From: Amoebidium appalachense
Taxonomy: Eukaryota > Protista > Ichthyosporea
NCBI GenBank assembly: GCA_963693365.1
Contig: CAVNZM010000015.1
Span: 310,001 to 374,000 of the forward strand
DNA length: 64,000 bases
Reading direction: 5' to 3'
In this document: piece after piece, positions 1 through 31,968 of the stretch
How the letters are laid out: every line of letters begins with the position of its first letter
Numbering within the stretch: the stretch's first letter is position 1
Program-made: the position numbers and the translations under genes
Notes under the pieces: model-generated
Told to the model about the DNA's origin: nothing
Databases searched by the model: none
The model's input: the letters and a program-made list of their open reading frames with translations, nothing else

Positions 1-18478
<18,478 letters not shown>

Positions 18479-18512
18479 GCGGTGCGTTCATGCGGCAGGC
18501 CTCCCTGAACGG

Positions 18513-18543
<31 letters not shown>

Positions 18544-18544
18544 T

Positions 18545-18577
<33 letters not shown>

Positions 18578-19102
18578 TGTGTGTGCGTGTGCGCGTGTGC
18601 GCGTGTGCGCGTGTGCGCGTGTGTGCGTGTGCGTGTGTGCTCGTGTGCGCGCGTGTGCGCGTGTGCGTGTGTGCGTGTGCGCATGTGATTGTGTGTATAA
18701 AGTGTTTGTTTGTGTGCGCATGTGCGCGCGTGTGGATACATGTGTGACACCGTGTGTGTCAGTGGGGGGAGGGAGGGGGGAGGGGGGCGGGGGGGGGGGG
18801 GAGGGAGGGGGTGCACCATTTAACGCCTTAGTACATGTACAATACTAAAGTATTCGGATAATTATTGTCCTCTCTTTCTTCCAAAAACTATAACTCGGAT
18901 CCCCTGGATCCACATTACCCAGCGCTATTATACTGTATAGTAGAGCCCAGACTGTGTTGTAAGAGTGTTTTGATATTTCAGAAGAAGCACAGCACATGTA
19001 CAGGACCCGCTTTTGGTGGGTGGGTGTAGCGGTGGTACATAGTCACGGTGGTGGCGGCGGTGGTGGTGGTGGGCGGAGGAGGAGAAGAGGGGAGGGGCGG
19101 AA

Positions 19103-19133
<31 letters not shown>

Positions 19134-19592
19134 CGGATCCGGATGCAGCACAATTTGTACAGGATTCATCCAACGGTTTTATGCTACGGCTACCATGCGA
19201 GTAGACAGATTCTTAGAAAACTTTGAGATTAAAAGTCAGGAGGAGGCCAAGTAACCTCAAATAATCTACGGAGGAGGGACCCTCAGTGCTTGAGGCTAGT
19301 TGGTGCAGTGGCTTCATGGTCATAGGACAGCACAGTATGTACTATTATTAGTTTTTTCAACGTAGCTAAGTCATACTTTACAGTTTCCCGGGACAAAACT
19401 ATGAACTTGATATTGTGACGTCGTGTGTTTAGTATTTCCGTGCGACCCACTTTGACTTCCCTAGAAGCAGCTTAGAGCCGAGGGAAGGAGCGTTAGAGAA
19501 AGAAAAAGGGGGGGGGGAGGGGAGGAAGAGGGGGGGGGGGGGGGGGAGTATCGGGGGTATTGAGAGAGGGGAGGGGGAGAGGGGGGGAAGGG

Positions 19593-19976
<384 letters not shown>

Positions 19977-21247
19977 GTGTGTTTAAATGAGAGAGAGTGT
20001 GTGTGTGCACGCGCGGAGGAGTAATGAGATGTGCACCCAATACGTTCGTTTGGCAATGCTTGTGCGCTGAGACTGGGCAGGTATAAGCCTTATGGTAAGC
20101 ACACGGCCGTATCCTGGACACCTCTGCAAATGGTCATCTTTGTGGCACACATTTCGTTGATTGTTTGCCAGCCTGTACTACAAAGCATGATGCCACACAT
20201 AAGCAGCTACGCATGTACCCGTGTACATACAAACATGCGCGCACATACTAATGCAGCGACTCCTAACACCCTTTCAGAAAAACAAAGCGTAGAAGCCCTT
20301 ACATAGTGCGCTTAGGTGACATCCGGATGGAAGAAAGCAAAAGGAGGAAAGGCCGCCTGCCAAGTGCACAGCAATGCCGGTTAACTGTGAAGTGAATAGC
20401 AGTGGCAGGGATAGGGGTTTTCGAAGCATAGAACAATCTATTGCAAATCCCAACACAGTGAAGAGCAAAGACATTTATGTGCTGGTCTCCCAGGCTTTAC
20501 ACCCGCTACCTTCTGTGGCGACATACAAGGTATGCCACCAAGGCCGCATGGAGACAGCACTCAAAGTGACTACTCGTGTGCTGTTGCACCACAGCACATG
20601 AATTACTCATGCTCGCACCCAAACAGAGATGACTAAACGAAAGGGCCCGGGTGTTTCGGGTTGGCTCAGACAAGCAAGCCCACTTGCAGGGTTCATCCGC
20701 CCTGTATTTTTATTGCTGCCAGCACCACAGCGACGTGTATATGCCAAGGGAAACTTAACTTTATCGGGAGCTCTTTCGGATATGCTGTTGTGGTTTTTGT
20801 GCACTTTCACTTCCGAGTGTTTACTACGTATACATGTCCCATTTCTAGCACGCCGGTGTGTTGGTACCGGAGAGAGTGAGGCAACCCGGATTTAGAAGCT
20901 AGTGTAATCCTACATACACGCATACCGTGCAAAGGTGAGCAAATTTACATGGAAGACAGACAGCCGTGTGTATTTTACACCTTTCTATCCAGAAATAAAG
21001 TCACTGTTGGCCAAAGGCAGCCTCGTCTACTTACACCAAAAGATCTTTCGCAAAGTTTAACGGCAAGATGTTAGGTTCAGTCATGCGGCATTCTAGAACA
21101 ATAACACCCTTCAAATTTTAGGGGCAGTTGACAAAGGTTGTGCAAATGCTGGGCACGCTTATTCCCTTACATCTGTTGGCGCTGCAGCTGTATACTATGA
21201 AGAGCAGCAATGCTTGTGGAGGAGGCTGATATGGCAAAAGGAGGAAT

Positions 21248-21512
21248 GATTTGCGTGAGAAATGATGTGCACGGGCTGACTTGCAGGAGGAATGATTTGC
21301 ATGAGGAATGATTTGCATGAGGACTAGTTTGCATGAGGAATGTTTTGCATGAGGAACGTTTGCATGAGGATTGATTTGCATGAGGAATGATTGCATGAGA
21401 ACTGATTTGCATGAGGAATGAATCGCATGAGGATGGACTTGCATGAGGACAGATTCGCATGAGGATTGATTTTTTGCTTGAGGATTACAGGCATGAGGAC
21501 TGATTTGCATAA
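21248..21512. repeat. Minisatellite with a ~16-bp unit (consensus GATTTGCATGAGGAAT), roughly 15 degenerate copies
   Basis: Directly visible tandem repetition of ..TTGCATGAGGA.. Confidence 0.92.
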
Positions 21513-21699
21513 GGTCCCGTGGCATGCTCCATTATCGCAATTGCTCGTGATTTTAATAATTATTATAAGGAGCGTGTATATTGCCTAACATTAGGAATAC
21601 AGACAGAAGTGCCACCACAACACAAACCAAACACACAGGCCTATGCATGCGAAGTGTAGCTCACTTGTGTGTGGAAGGCTGAAGAAAACGGTTACTTCG

Positions 21700-21895
21700 G
21701 TAGTGGTTTACGAACCAATCAGAAGCCTTACGCAAGATTTCCCACACGCGCAGTAAATAAAACGAATGGCCAATCAAATCATGGTAAACATGCATTCCAG
21801 GAGATTCTTTCCATCTACTTCTGACCAATGAAAAGAGGTGAGAAAATGACCGTCTCAGACTGTCTGGAGACCGGAGTTCCGCTGAGAAAAAAGGT
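21700..21895 (+). promoter_or_regulatory. CCAAT-box cluster, probable HGD promoter and 5' UTR exon
   Basis: Three CCAAT boxes (~21715, 21770, 21825) about 55 bp apart in repeat-free DNA, followed by a donor-like AAG|GTATTA at ~21893. The HGD ATG is immediately preceded by an acceptor-like GTGCAG, which implies a 5' UTR intron. Confidence 0.45.
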
Positions 21896-22856
21896 ATTAG
21901 GACAAATTAAAGAGCTGGGATTTCATACACATAGTCAAATATGAGCTGTTTTATTTAGTATCAAAGAGGTATTTAACTTTATTCTGTACCAAATACTTTT
22001 AGATGTTTTTCTCATTCACTGAGCCGTAGCTGACTCAGTACCTGAACAGTGATATCAGCCTTCCGGCACAATCTTGGATTGTGTACAACAACTTAATTGG
22101 GGTACATCATGTCCGGCCGATGCCCACTGCCATGATGAACAATATTTCCCACCTCACATTCCTGTAAACAAAAGCCCCAACTTTCCATAAATGGTGTCAT
22201 AAATATATAATAATTTATATATACTATATATTTCCCTTATCTAGTAGTAATATGTCTATGTATGTATATTGAGACACAACCTTGAGTAAGTGAATGAATC
22301 TGCCAATTTCCAAAGTTTTGGGATCTCTTCCATTGGCTTAATATCAGTAAAGTAATATGCCAGTGCTCACTCATTAGGTCGCATCTATAAATACGGTTTT
22401 CTTTCTGTGTTTGGGCAGGACACAGCGCTAGCCGCACCTGCAACCTTTTGACGTTCGAGTCTTCCGCGAAAGTGAGTTCTTCTCCCCCTCCCCCCCCCCC
22501 CCCCCCCCCCACCACCCCCCCCCCTCCCCACCCCCTTTCTCCCCCACCCTTCTTTGCTCTCCTCGTCCATCCACTCCTTTTTCTGTTCCCCTTTCCGCTT
22601 TTGGTTTGAATTGTTTGGTTTGTGCCACTTCCCATCTTTCCTCTCTAGCCAAACTGCCATCACTTCTCATGTCGTGCCAAGCAACTGGGGGATCTTCAGG
22701 TAAAAGTCTGGGAGGCTTGTCAAACAAAAATATAGCATGAAGTGAAGTTTGATTGAAACCACGATCACATTGGTGGCAACTGGCCTGTAGTGCAACTACT
22801 TAGTGTGTCGCTTGTACTGTCTATGTAATGGAATATTGACGGGTTGTGGGGTGCAG

Positions 22857-23380
22857 ATGTCGAGTGGTACGGTTACCGAGGGCGACCTCACCTATATGCC
22901 CGGGTTTGGGAATGAGTTCCACTCGGAGGCGCTCCCCAATGCCCTGCCCGTTGGCCAGGTGTGTGAAAGGATGTGTTTGTTAGTGTGATTGTCGGATAGT
23001 GTTGAAACGTTGGGAAACGGGCCGTATGCAATAGTTCAATAGGGTGAGGATTGAGGTATGGATGGCTCGGGTGCAGAGCAAAAGCAACGACGCAATCTGC
23101 AATGCAACGTGAGATCCTGCGCGATGTGCATGCATGTGTCCTCGTGTGTGAGTGTGTTGGTATGTTTGTGCACTCAACTCAATCTGCCCTTATCATATCC
23201 CGTACCCATTTGTTATTTCACAGGTAACCCATGTTGGTATCATGTGTTTTTGTTTCTATCCTGTATTGACGTTGGTTGCCTCCAGAACACGCCGCAGGTG
23301 TGCCCGTACGGTCTCTATGCCGAGCAGCTGTCCGGCAGTGCTTTCACAGAGCCTCGCCACGCAAACAAGAGGACGTATGC

Positions 23381-23421
<41 letters not shown>

Positions 23422-24270
23422 CCACGTATCCTTGCTCCCCCTATTCAAGGAATGATTGAAGGGAACGAACGTGTGTCTTTTTGTCCATTGGAGATAAGGT
23501 CAACTGGCATGATAGTGTGTACCTACTCCCTATTGACTACCCCCCTCCCCCCTCCCCCGTTCCCCCGATCCCCCCCCCCTCCCCCGGGGGGCCCATCCCG
23601 GCCCTCTTCTTCCCTTTCAGCACTGCTGGGTCCTATCTTTCACTATTGCATTGCATTGGCTTCGTGCAGACAACCACCGCGGGTTCTCACCTCTTCCTCT
23701 TGGCTACTTGTGTCATGCTGCATGTGCAACAACATTTCTCCACCCCCTTTCCAGACACACACACACACACACGCACACACACACAGATATTCTCTCTATC
23801 CCCGCCTCCTCTCTCTCTAATTCTCCCTGTATGTGCGACTGTCCCTCTGTTCCCCCCATCCCCCTCCCCCCCCCCCCCCCCCCCCCACCCACCCACCCAC
23901 CCACCCGCCCCCACCCTCTACGTAATCCGAAAGCACTCCACAATTGTCACTTTCCTCCCCCCCCCTCCCCGTGCGGCTCTACCCCCCCCCCCCCCCCCCC
24001 CCCTTCCTCCCAGCCTCTTCTGACCCCTTCTTCCATGCTTTTCTAGATGGCTCTACCGCATCCGGCCATCAGCCAACCATCTTCCATTCACCAAATACGA
24101 TGCCCCCAAGTTCAACGATCCCGAATGGCCTGCCCCCGAGCTTGCCAACAACTGGGTATGTGCTTCACCTCCCCCCACCCCCCACCCCCTCCAACCCCCG
24201 TTTTCTACGTCTCCATCCCCTTCCCCCTTCCCTCTCCCCCCCCCCCCCCCCCTTCCCCCCTCCCCTCCCC

Positions 24271-24306
<36 letters not shown>

Positions 24307-25738
24307 CCCCCCCCCTCCCCAGCTTCCCCTTCCTCCCTTTCTTCCCTCCTTGTCCCCCGCCCCCAAACACCCCTTCCCCTACCACGGATTACACACACAG
24401 CCACACATATGTGCCTTCTGCACCTGTTTCGACTACTGCTTTGCCCCTCCACCCCCCTGCTTCCCCCACCCCCCACCCCCCACCCCCCCCACCCCACCCC
24501 CCAAACATGCACACACACACGTACACACATGGCCTGAGACATCTCAAGTGTCACCCTACACACCTGTCTTGTTCATAGCCATCCCGGTGTTCTCATGGGC
24601 GCTGTTGGCCGGGGGAAGAGGAGGAGAGGGTGGGACGATTAGACGGAACACCTATCCGATCAGGAGGTTTCGTACATCCAGTCACGTGCCTGCATCTAAC
24701 CACGTGACATGGGTTCACAGAATGAGCTGGAACCCAACCCCAACCAGTTGCGCTGGCTCCCCTTCAAGCTGCCCAGCGTACGTGTGCCCCCCCCCCTCCA
24801 CACACACACACACACACAAACACACCCCTCCTCCAACCCACCCCGCGCTGCCTCAATTAATCCTCCCCTCCCCCCCCTCCCCCTCCCCCTCTCCCCTTTC
24901 CCTCCTCAAACACCCTACCACAACCCTTGCTTTGCTGTATCTTCCTTCTGCAAGTGTGTAATATGTACACATTGTCTGTGTACCTGATCGTGGAAAGAGG
25001 GAAACGGGGGGGGGGGGGGGAGAGGGGGGGAGGGGAAGGAGGATCAGAGTTGCAGGTGTGAGTGCCATAACTAAGTTGCAGTTTAGAATCTGCGAGTTGG
25101 TGAAATGGAGATGTAGAATCGGAGGAGGGTGGGAGTGTGGGGTGGATGATGGTGGTTGGGGGAAGGGTGGAGGGGGACGACGAAGAGAGAGAAGAGACAG
25201 TGAGAGAAGGAGGGGTTCAAGTATGCAATGTGACAATAGAGCACGTGATATCTGACAAGTGTCTGCACGTGCAGGACAGCACACAGGTCGACTTTGTGGA
25301 TGGTCTGAGCACGGTGTGTGGCTACGGTGACCCGAGGGGGGGGGCAGGCTGAGCGGCCTGGCTGTGCACGTGTACACATGCAACACGTAGGCATCCCTTG
25401 TCCCCTCCCCTCCCCCTCCCCCCCCCCTTCCTCTGTCCTCCCCTCTCCCTTCTCCCGTCCACCTCCACGCCTCCCCTTCTCCCCCCCCCCCCCCCCCTCC
25501 CCCCTCATCCCCTTGCCTGCCCGCCCACCCACCCACAGAAACAGACAGACAGCAGACAAGCACCTCAACGGAATTCGACCCCCTCCCCATCCCCCTTGCT
25601 TTGTAATTCTGTCCGCCGGTTTTATGCTAGCATCTTTAGGTCCCTCGAATAAACGATTTCCCCCATACCTTCCCCCCCCTCCCCCTCCCCCCCCCTTCCC
25701 CCCCCCCGCACGTGGCTCGATGCTGTTCCCTGTCTCAT

Positions 25739-25773
<35 letters not shown>

Positions 25774-27231
25774 ACACGTGCTCATCAGGTCCATGAAGGA
25801 TCGTGCCTTCCAGAACGCCGATGGTGACTTCCTAATTGGTGTGTTGCCTGCCCCCCCCCCCTCTCTCCCCTCCCCCCCACCTCCCCCACACGTACACACC
25901 CCCATCCCCCCTCTCCCCGTCCCCTCGGCCCCCCAATCTTTCCTTTCTGCATTACCCTCACCCGATTTCCCCTTCAATCACAAACCCTTCCTTGCCCTTA
26001 AACACCAAACATTTAAACACCTACTCTGCGCCAGCACGGGGCGGGGGGGGGGGGGAGGTATGGGGGAAGTCGTTTATTCGAGGGACCTAAAGACGCTAGT
26101 ATTAGAGTAGCTCCACTGACTAGACCGATAGATTGTTAACAATGCTTATTCAACATTTCCTCATGATCTACTCATCTCCTACACACACACACACACACGT
26201 ACACCCACGTACACCCAGACACGCGGACGTACACACGTACACCCACCCACACACCCACACCAACACCCAGCCCTCCACACACACACACACGTACACACGT
26301 ACACCCACACACACACACACACAAGCACACACACACGTACACACGTACACCCACACCCACACACAAGCACACACACACGTACACCCACACGAACACTCAC
26401 ACCCATACCCACACGCACACACGTACACGCACACACGTACATACACACGTACACGTACAGTGCCGCAGAAGGGTGCCCTCACCATCACCACGGAGATGGG
26501 TGTGATGCGTGTTAAGCCCAACGAGATCTGTGTGATCCCCCAGGGCATTCGTTTCAGTGTGGCCGTAGAGGAGACGTCACGTGGTTACATCTGTGAAGTC
26601 TACAATGTGCACTTCAAGATCCCTGATCTCGGCCCTATCGGTGTGTGTGTGTGTGTGTGTAAGTGTGTGTGTGTGTATGTGGGTTGGAGAGGGGGGGGGG
26701 GGGAGGGGGTAGGAAGTGTACAATATGCACTTCAGGATCCCTGACCTGGGCCCTATTGGATATGTGTGTGTGTGAAGAGGGGGGGGGGGGGGGGAGGGGA
26801 GGTGAGGTACGTGATGTAATGGTATAATTGTTGTATTTAGGGACCTTTTTTCGCCCGGAGTTGTTCATGCGATCTGTAGGAATTTCACTGGGTATTTAGG
26901 CTACCTTCGGCTTCTCTAGATTCACTAACGCCATGGGGGTTTTTTTTAGGTGCCAATGGTCTTGCAGCCCCCCGGGACTTCCTCACGCCAGTAGCCAAGT
27001 TTGAGGAGAGGAGTGGGATTGAGTTCAGCATTGTCAACAAGTACCAGAGCAGGATATTTGTGGCTAAGCAGGTGTGTACGTGTGGATGTGTGCGTGCCGA
27101 TGTGTGCGTGGTGTGTGGACTTATGTTGTCTGTGTCCCCTGTGTGTGTGAAATGTGTGCTTAATGTGTATGGGAAGGAAATAAAAAAGGTGGATGGATGG
27201 GTGGGTGGGTGGTGGTGGTGGTGGCGAGGGG

Positions 27232-27272
<41 letters not shown>

Positions 27273-27685
27273 TGTACGTGCGCGTGTGCAACCTATGTGT
27301 GATGTGTGTGTGTAAGTGCCTCAAGGAGTGTGTGAAATGTGTGTCTAATGGGTGTGGGAGAGGGAGGGGCCGGGGGGAGGGGGGTGAAGAGGGAGACGTC
27401 AAGAGGTGGGCTTCAGAGGGATTGGTGGCAGGGGGGAGGGGGGGTAGATGTATGTGTAGGTTTTACGGGGATGTGACGAGTTTGTGGTGGCGGTGGTGAG
27501 AAGGGGGTGGGGTGGGGGGGGGGGGGGGGGGGGGGGTGGGGAGGAAGGAAGGAGCAGAACACCACCTCCCCAGTCCATTCCATACCATCGTACGTTTCTC
27601 ACCTATTTCTTGCCCTCAACCCATACCCCCCCTTACAAAGGCATACCATGCCCTCTTCCCCTCGGCCCCTCCCCCTCCCCCCTGT

Positions 27686-27716
<31 letters not shown>

Positions 27717-28908
27717 CCACACGTGCTTCGACGTTGTGGCGTGGCACGGCAACTATGTGCCCTACAAGTACGACCTGGCCAAGTTCATGGTCATCAACTG
27801 CACCGCATTCGACCATGCCGTATGTACCACCCCCGACACACATGCACACACATCGCATGCTCTTACCTTCTTGGTTGGGAAGGAAAGAAAAGTAGTAAAT
27901 GCACAACAGCAGTGTCAAGCAGACCCTTCTATATGTTTTCGCACCATGGCACACACAAATTCGATGAAACCTCCACTGACTGGGTCACATGAGTGTGTAC
28001 GGAGAATGTCGGGGAAAGGAGATGGGGTCGGAGGGGAGGATGGTTGGAGGGTTTTCTGGGGGTGAACAGTTTTTGGTCACATATGCATCCCCACGATACC
28101 ACCTTTTGGCCGGTACTGAGCATGCTGCCTGAACACACACACACACACACACACACATACACACAGGACCCGTCCATCTTCACGGTGCTGACTGCTCCCG
28201 GCCCACTGCCCGGTGTTGCCATCTGCGACTTCGTCATCTTCCCCGCCCCGCTGGGCCGTGCAGGACGTATGATCCTTCTCCCCCCCCCCCCCCCCCCTCC
28301 CCCCCCTTTCCCCCCGGCACACACACACACACATACACACACGGCAAAATTCACCAAAGTACACACCTAAGCTCACTCAGCCACTCCCCATCTGCTTCTT
28401 TCCTTCATCCTAACCCCCCCCCCCCCCCCCCCCCCCCCGGCCGCCTCCCCCCTTCCCCCCCTTGCACGACCCATCCGACCGCTTTCAACCCTCCCCCCCC
28501 CATCCCCTTCTCCCCCCACCTAAACCTTCATCGCCCACCCACACACATACAACCACCCCACCACCGACTTGCCTCTCAGTCCCAAACCCCCCCCCCCCCC
28601 CCTCCCTCCCTTCCCCCCCAGCATCACGCACTTACCCCCTCTTTTTTTTTTTTCAACAGCACACATTCCGTCCCCCCTACTACCACCGCAACGTAATGAG
28701 TGAGTTTATGGGTCTGATCCACGGTGAGTACGAGGCAAAGAAGGACGGTTTCCTGCCCGGGGGTGCCAGTCTTCACTCCATTGGAACCCCCCATGGCCCC
28801 GATCTGAAGACTTTCATTGGTGCATCCACGGCAAAGTTGGTTCCGGAGAGGGTGGCGGACAACACGCAGGTGTGTGTGTGTGTGGGTGTGAATGTCTCGT
28901 GTGTGTGC

Positions 28909-28944
<36 letters not shown>

Positions 28945-29909
28945 TGTATGTGTGGGTGTTTGTGGTGTGTGTGTTTGTGGTGTGTGTGTTTGTGGTGTAT
29001 GTGTTGTGTGCGTGGGTGGGTGGGTGGGTGGGTGAATGCGACTGGGATGGGGAGGGAGGGAAGGGGGGGGGGGGGGGGGGGGTTGCACTTGGATTGGCAT
29101 AATATGCAGAGATATAACAGGGAGGAAGCTTGGGGAGGATAAAAGGCGGGTGGGGACATTTATCCTGCATGTCTAAGGAGGGTGGTTGTGTGTTTGTTTG
29201 TTTGTTTTTTTGCAAACTACATACTGTTAGATATGCACAAGTTTTGCACACACATGTGCCTGGCCGGTCTGTAGATAATCAGTTTTTTCTTGTATCCTAG
29301 CGGCTGGGGGTGTACCATATTTGGGGTGTTGTTTTATGTCATTATGCAGGTGTCAGAGACATTATGGACACTGGATATATGCGAACACCCTTCTAGTATG
29401 ACATGGCAACCGACACGAATATTCCCAAATTTATCCGCAGGCGTTTATGTTTGAGTCCTCGTTCAGCATGGCGCTGACCAAGTGGGGAGAGAAGACGTGC
29501 CAGCGTGTGGACCCGGAGTACTACAAAGTGTGGACTGGCCTCGAGAGGTGTGTGCGTGTGTCTGTGACTGCAAGCTTGTGTGTGTGTGTGTACGTGTGTG
29601 TGCCTGTGTGTGCCTGTGTGTGAGGGTGTGTGCCTGTGTGTGAGGGTGTACCTGAGTGGAGGTGTGGTGTGTGCCCGCATGGGCGGGTGTGGATGTGGGC
29701 GTGTTCTTGTCTTTTGAATGTGAGGGTGTGGGAGTGTGCGAGTCCTGTGTGTTTGTGTACCTTAACTGAGGGGGAGAGGTGTACTTCATGGGTCACTAAG
29801 CGTGGATGTTCGTGGGTGTGATGCTTGCGATTTGAGACGAGAGGGGAGGAAAAACGAAACAAATCGAATTGTGGGTCGGTTTTTTTTTTTCCTTTTTTTT
29901 TGTGGCTCC

Positions 29910-29962
<53 letters not shown>

Positions 29963-30082
29963 AGGGGTAAGGAAATATGAAAGCTTCGGGAATAAATTAT
30001 TATTGACATTGAGACCCCCCGCAGCAACTTCGACCCCAACTGGAAGCCCGGCCAAGTGATCAAGGGTCTGGAGCCCAAGTAG
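22857..30082 (+). CDS. HGD: Homogentisate 1,2-dioxygenase, 13 coding exons
   Basis: Exons 22857-22958, 23286-23374, 24047-24155, 24721-24777, 25275-25386, 25789-25838, 26461-26640, 26950-27071, 27715-27819, 28167-28266, 28660-28869, 29441-29547, 30025-30082. Hallmark peptides: [137 protein letters not shown]. There are two apparent frameshifts in homopolymers (G9 at 25336-25344; one extra C at 28241-28244). Confidence 0.97.
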
Positions 30083-30312
30083 GTGCCTGCCTAATAAGGC
30101 AAGGAGAGAGCGGCTGCGGCGGCCGTTACTTAGCAGTGCGGTCATTTACCCAATATGTATCATCGGAATGTTCAACAGTTGAAGGTTCGTATTTGTCATT
30201 ATGCAGCAAGTATCTTTTAGAATTGTGTTGCTGCATAATGACGATTTTTTTGCACACACATGTGCCTGGCCGGTCTGTAGATAATCAGTTTTTTCTTGTA
30301 TCCTAGCGGCTG
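29243..30312 (+). repeat. ~64-bp direct repeat, one copy in HGD intron 11 (29243-29306) and one 3' of the HGD stop (30249-30312)
   Basis: TTTGCACACACATGTGCCTGGCCGGTCTGTAGATAATCAGTTTTTTCTTGTATCCTAGCGGCTG appears in both places. Confidence 0.9.
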
Positions 30313-30316
30313 CATA

Positions 30317-30855
30317 ATGATGATGCCTGCGCGGGACCCGCGATGCGAATCGTGATATTGTAAATTTCTAGATTGTTTTCACTTGTGAGCACATTCCCAG
30401 TCATGTGCCTAGTGAGCCGTGTAGATATATATAGCATCATATTTCTATCTTTGGATATTGACCCGGTGCCCGGTTTGATAAAAGCAAAATACTTTGCTGC
30501 GATGTTCCGCGGCCGCCTTGTGCACTTTTAAAACAATAAAACATTGATGCTACGATGTGTTTGAGACTCTGTCTCAGATCCTTTGCCTGTATCCAGCTGA
30601 TATTGCCTTTGTTCGTGTCTTTCTCTCATCCTTCATAAATTAAACCGTTCCCACCAACATGGTGTAAATATTCATTTCAGCACTATGGGTTAGCAAGACA
30701 CAAAATCGATTTGCATACAACTGTTGTAGAGTTACCTGATTGGTTAAAAGCGAAAACATATGAGCCAATCAAAATCTCTTAACGGAGTTACTTTTTTGGG
30801 CGGGAAATCTACAATATCACGATTCACATCGCAGGTCCCGCGCAGGCATCATCAT
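30317..30855. mobile_element. ~540-bp segment bounded by ~52-bp inverted repeats (MITE-like/foldback)
   Basis: 30317-30368 (ATGATGATGCCTGCGCGGGACCCGCGATGCGAATCGTGATATTGTAAATTTC) is the reverse complement of 30804-30855 with 3 mismatches. No coding capacity and no clear target-site duplication. Confidence 0.55.
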
Positions 30856-31559
30856 GGTTGAGCACACTCGCCACACAGTGTGTATACGTATATACGTATA
30901 TACGGCCCGTTCCAGTTTCTGAGTTTTTGCTTCGCTGTTGAAAACCTCATTATTTTCCTGTTTCTGTTTTCCCACATGTCTCATTGAACTGTTAGCTCAT
31001 TTGCGCGCGCCATGTCGTCCAAGCGCCCTTACGAAAGTGCACTTCGTCCCTTGTCCCCATTGTGGAGCTTGCCGATCGAGCCGTCGTCGGCTGCTGCGCG
31101 TACCACGCTTCAGTGATTCACCGTGGCTCGTGTTTTTTTCTCCCGGCCCCCAGAAAAGTGGCTTAGTGGATCTTCTCTTTCCTGCTTTTCCTTAGCGTTT
31201 CAGTTTCTGTTTAACCGAGAGTTGTGTGTTGTTTTCAGGACCATTGGATTTGTCTTTGCCAATGGAAGTGCTTGATTTTATGATTGGTAGATCTCTTGAC
31301 TTTTGGATCTAGATCGTCAACAGGGCTACAAATTGTTGGGATGTTGCAGTTGCTTGGACGACAGCGAGGGGAATTGCCGGAAACAGCCTAAATAGGCAGC
31401 ACCAATACACTAAGAACTGAATTCACCGGTGCTAAAATCTCTATATTTTCTATGTTACTACAATGTCCCTTGCTGCAGTGGATCCGGCCCCCGAACCGAA
31501 ACGTTAACTACGCTGTCCATGGGTGTGCCTGGATAAATTCCAACCCTGGAGAACTCAGC

Positions 31560-31934
31560 ACAGAATATTCACGATGTGTCTGACGTGAGGAAAAAAATAC
31601 GCCGGGCTAGCTGTAGCAGTAATGGTGCAAGTGTCTTTTCGCAGGTGTGTGCAGAGGTGATGCACATCCGCACATAATTCCCTGCAGCTTTGTTTTTATT
31701 TGTTTTTTTACTTCAGACAGTACGGCCAAACTGGATTGCGACGTATCCGTATTATTTTACAGTCACCTACCCACTGCTAACATCCTTTCCCATACCCATC
31801 CACCCACTCCCAATTCCTTCACACCCACCAACAAATCTAATCATCCACCCACCCATCCACCCACCATGATCCCTCCACACACACCCCAGCCATACACCCA
31901 TGCAGAATCCTCTTCACACCAAATCTCCCCACCA

Positions 31935-31968
<34 letters not shown>

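Noticed and set aside
21248-21512. CRISPR-like array
   Set aside because: Units are contiguous 16-mers with no unique spacers, there are no cas genes, and the context is eukaryotic.
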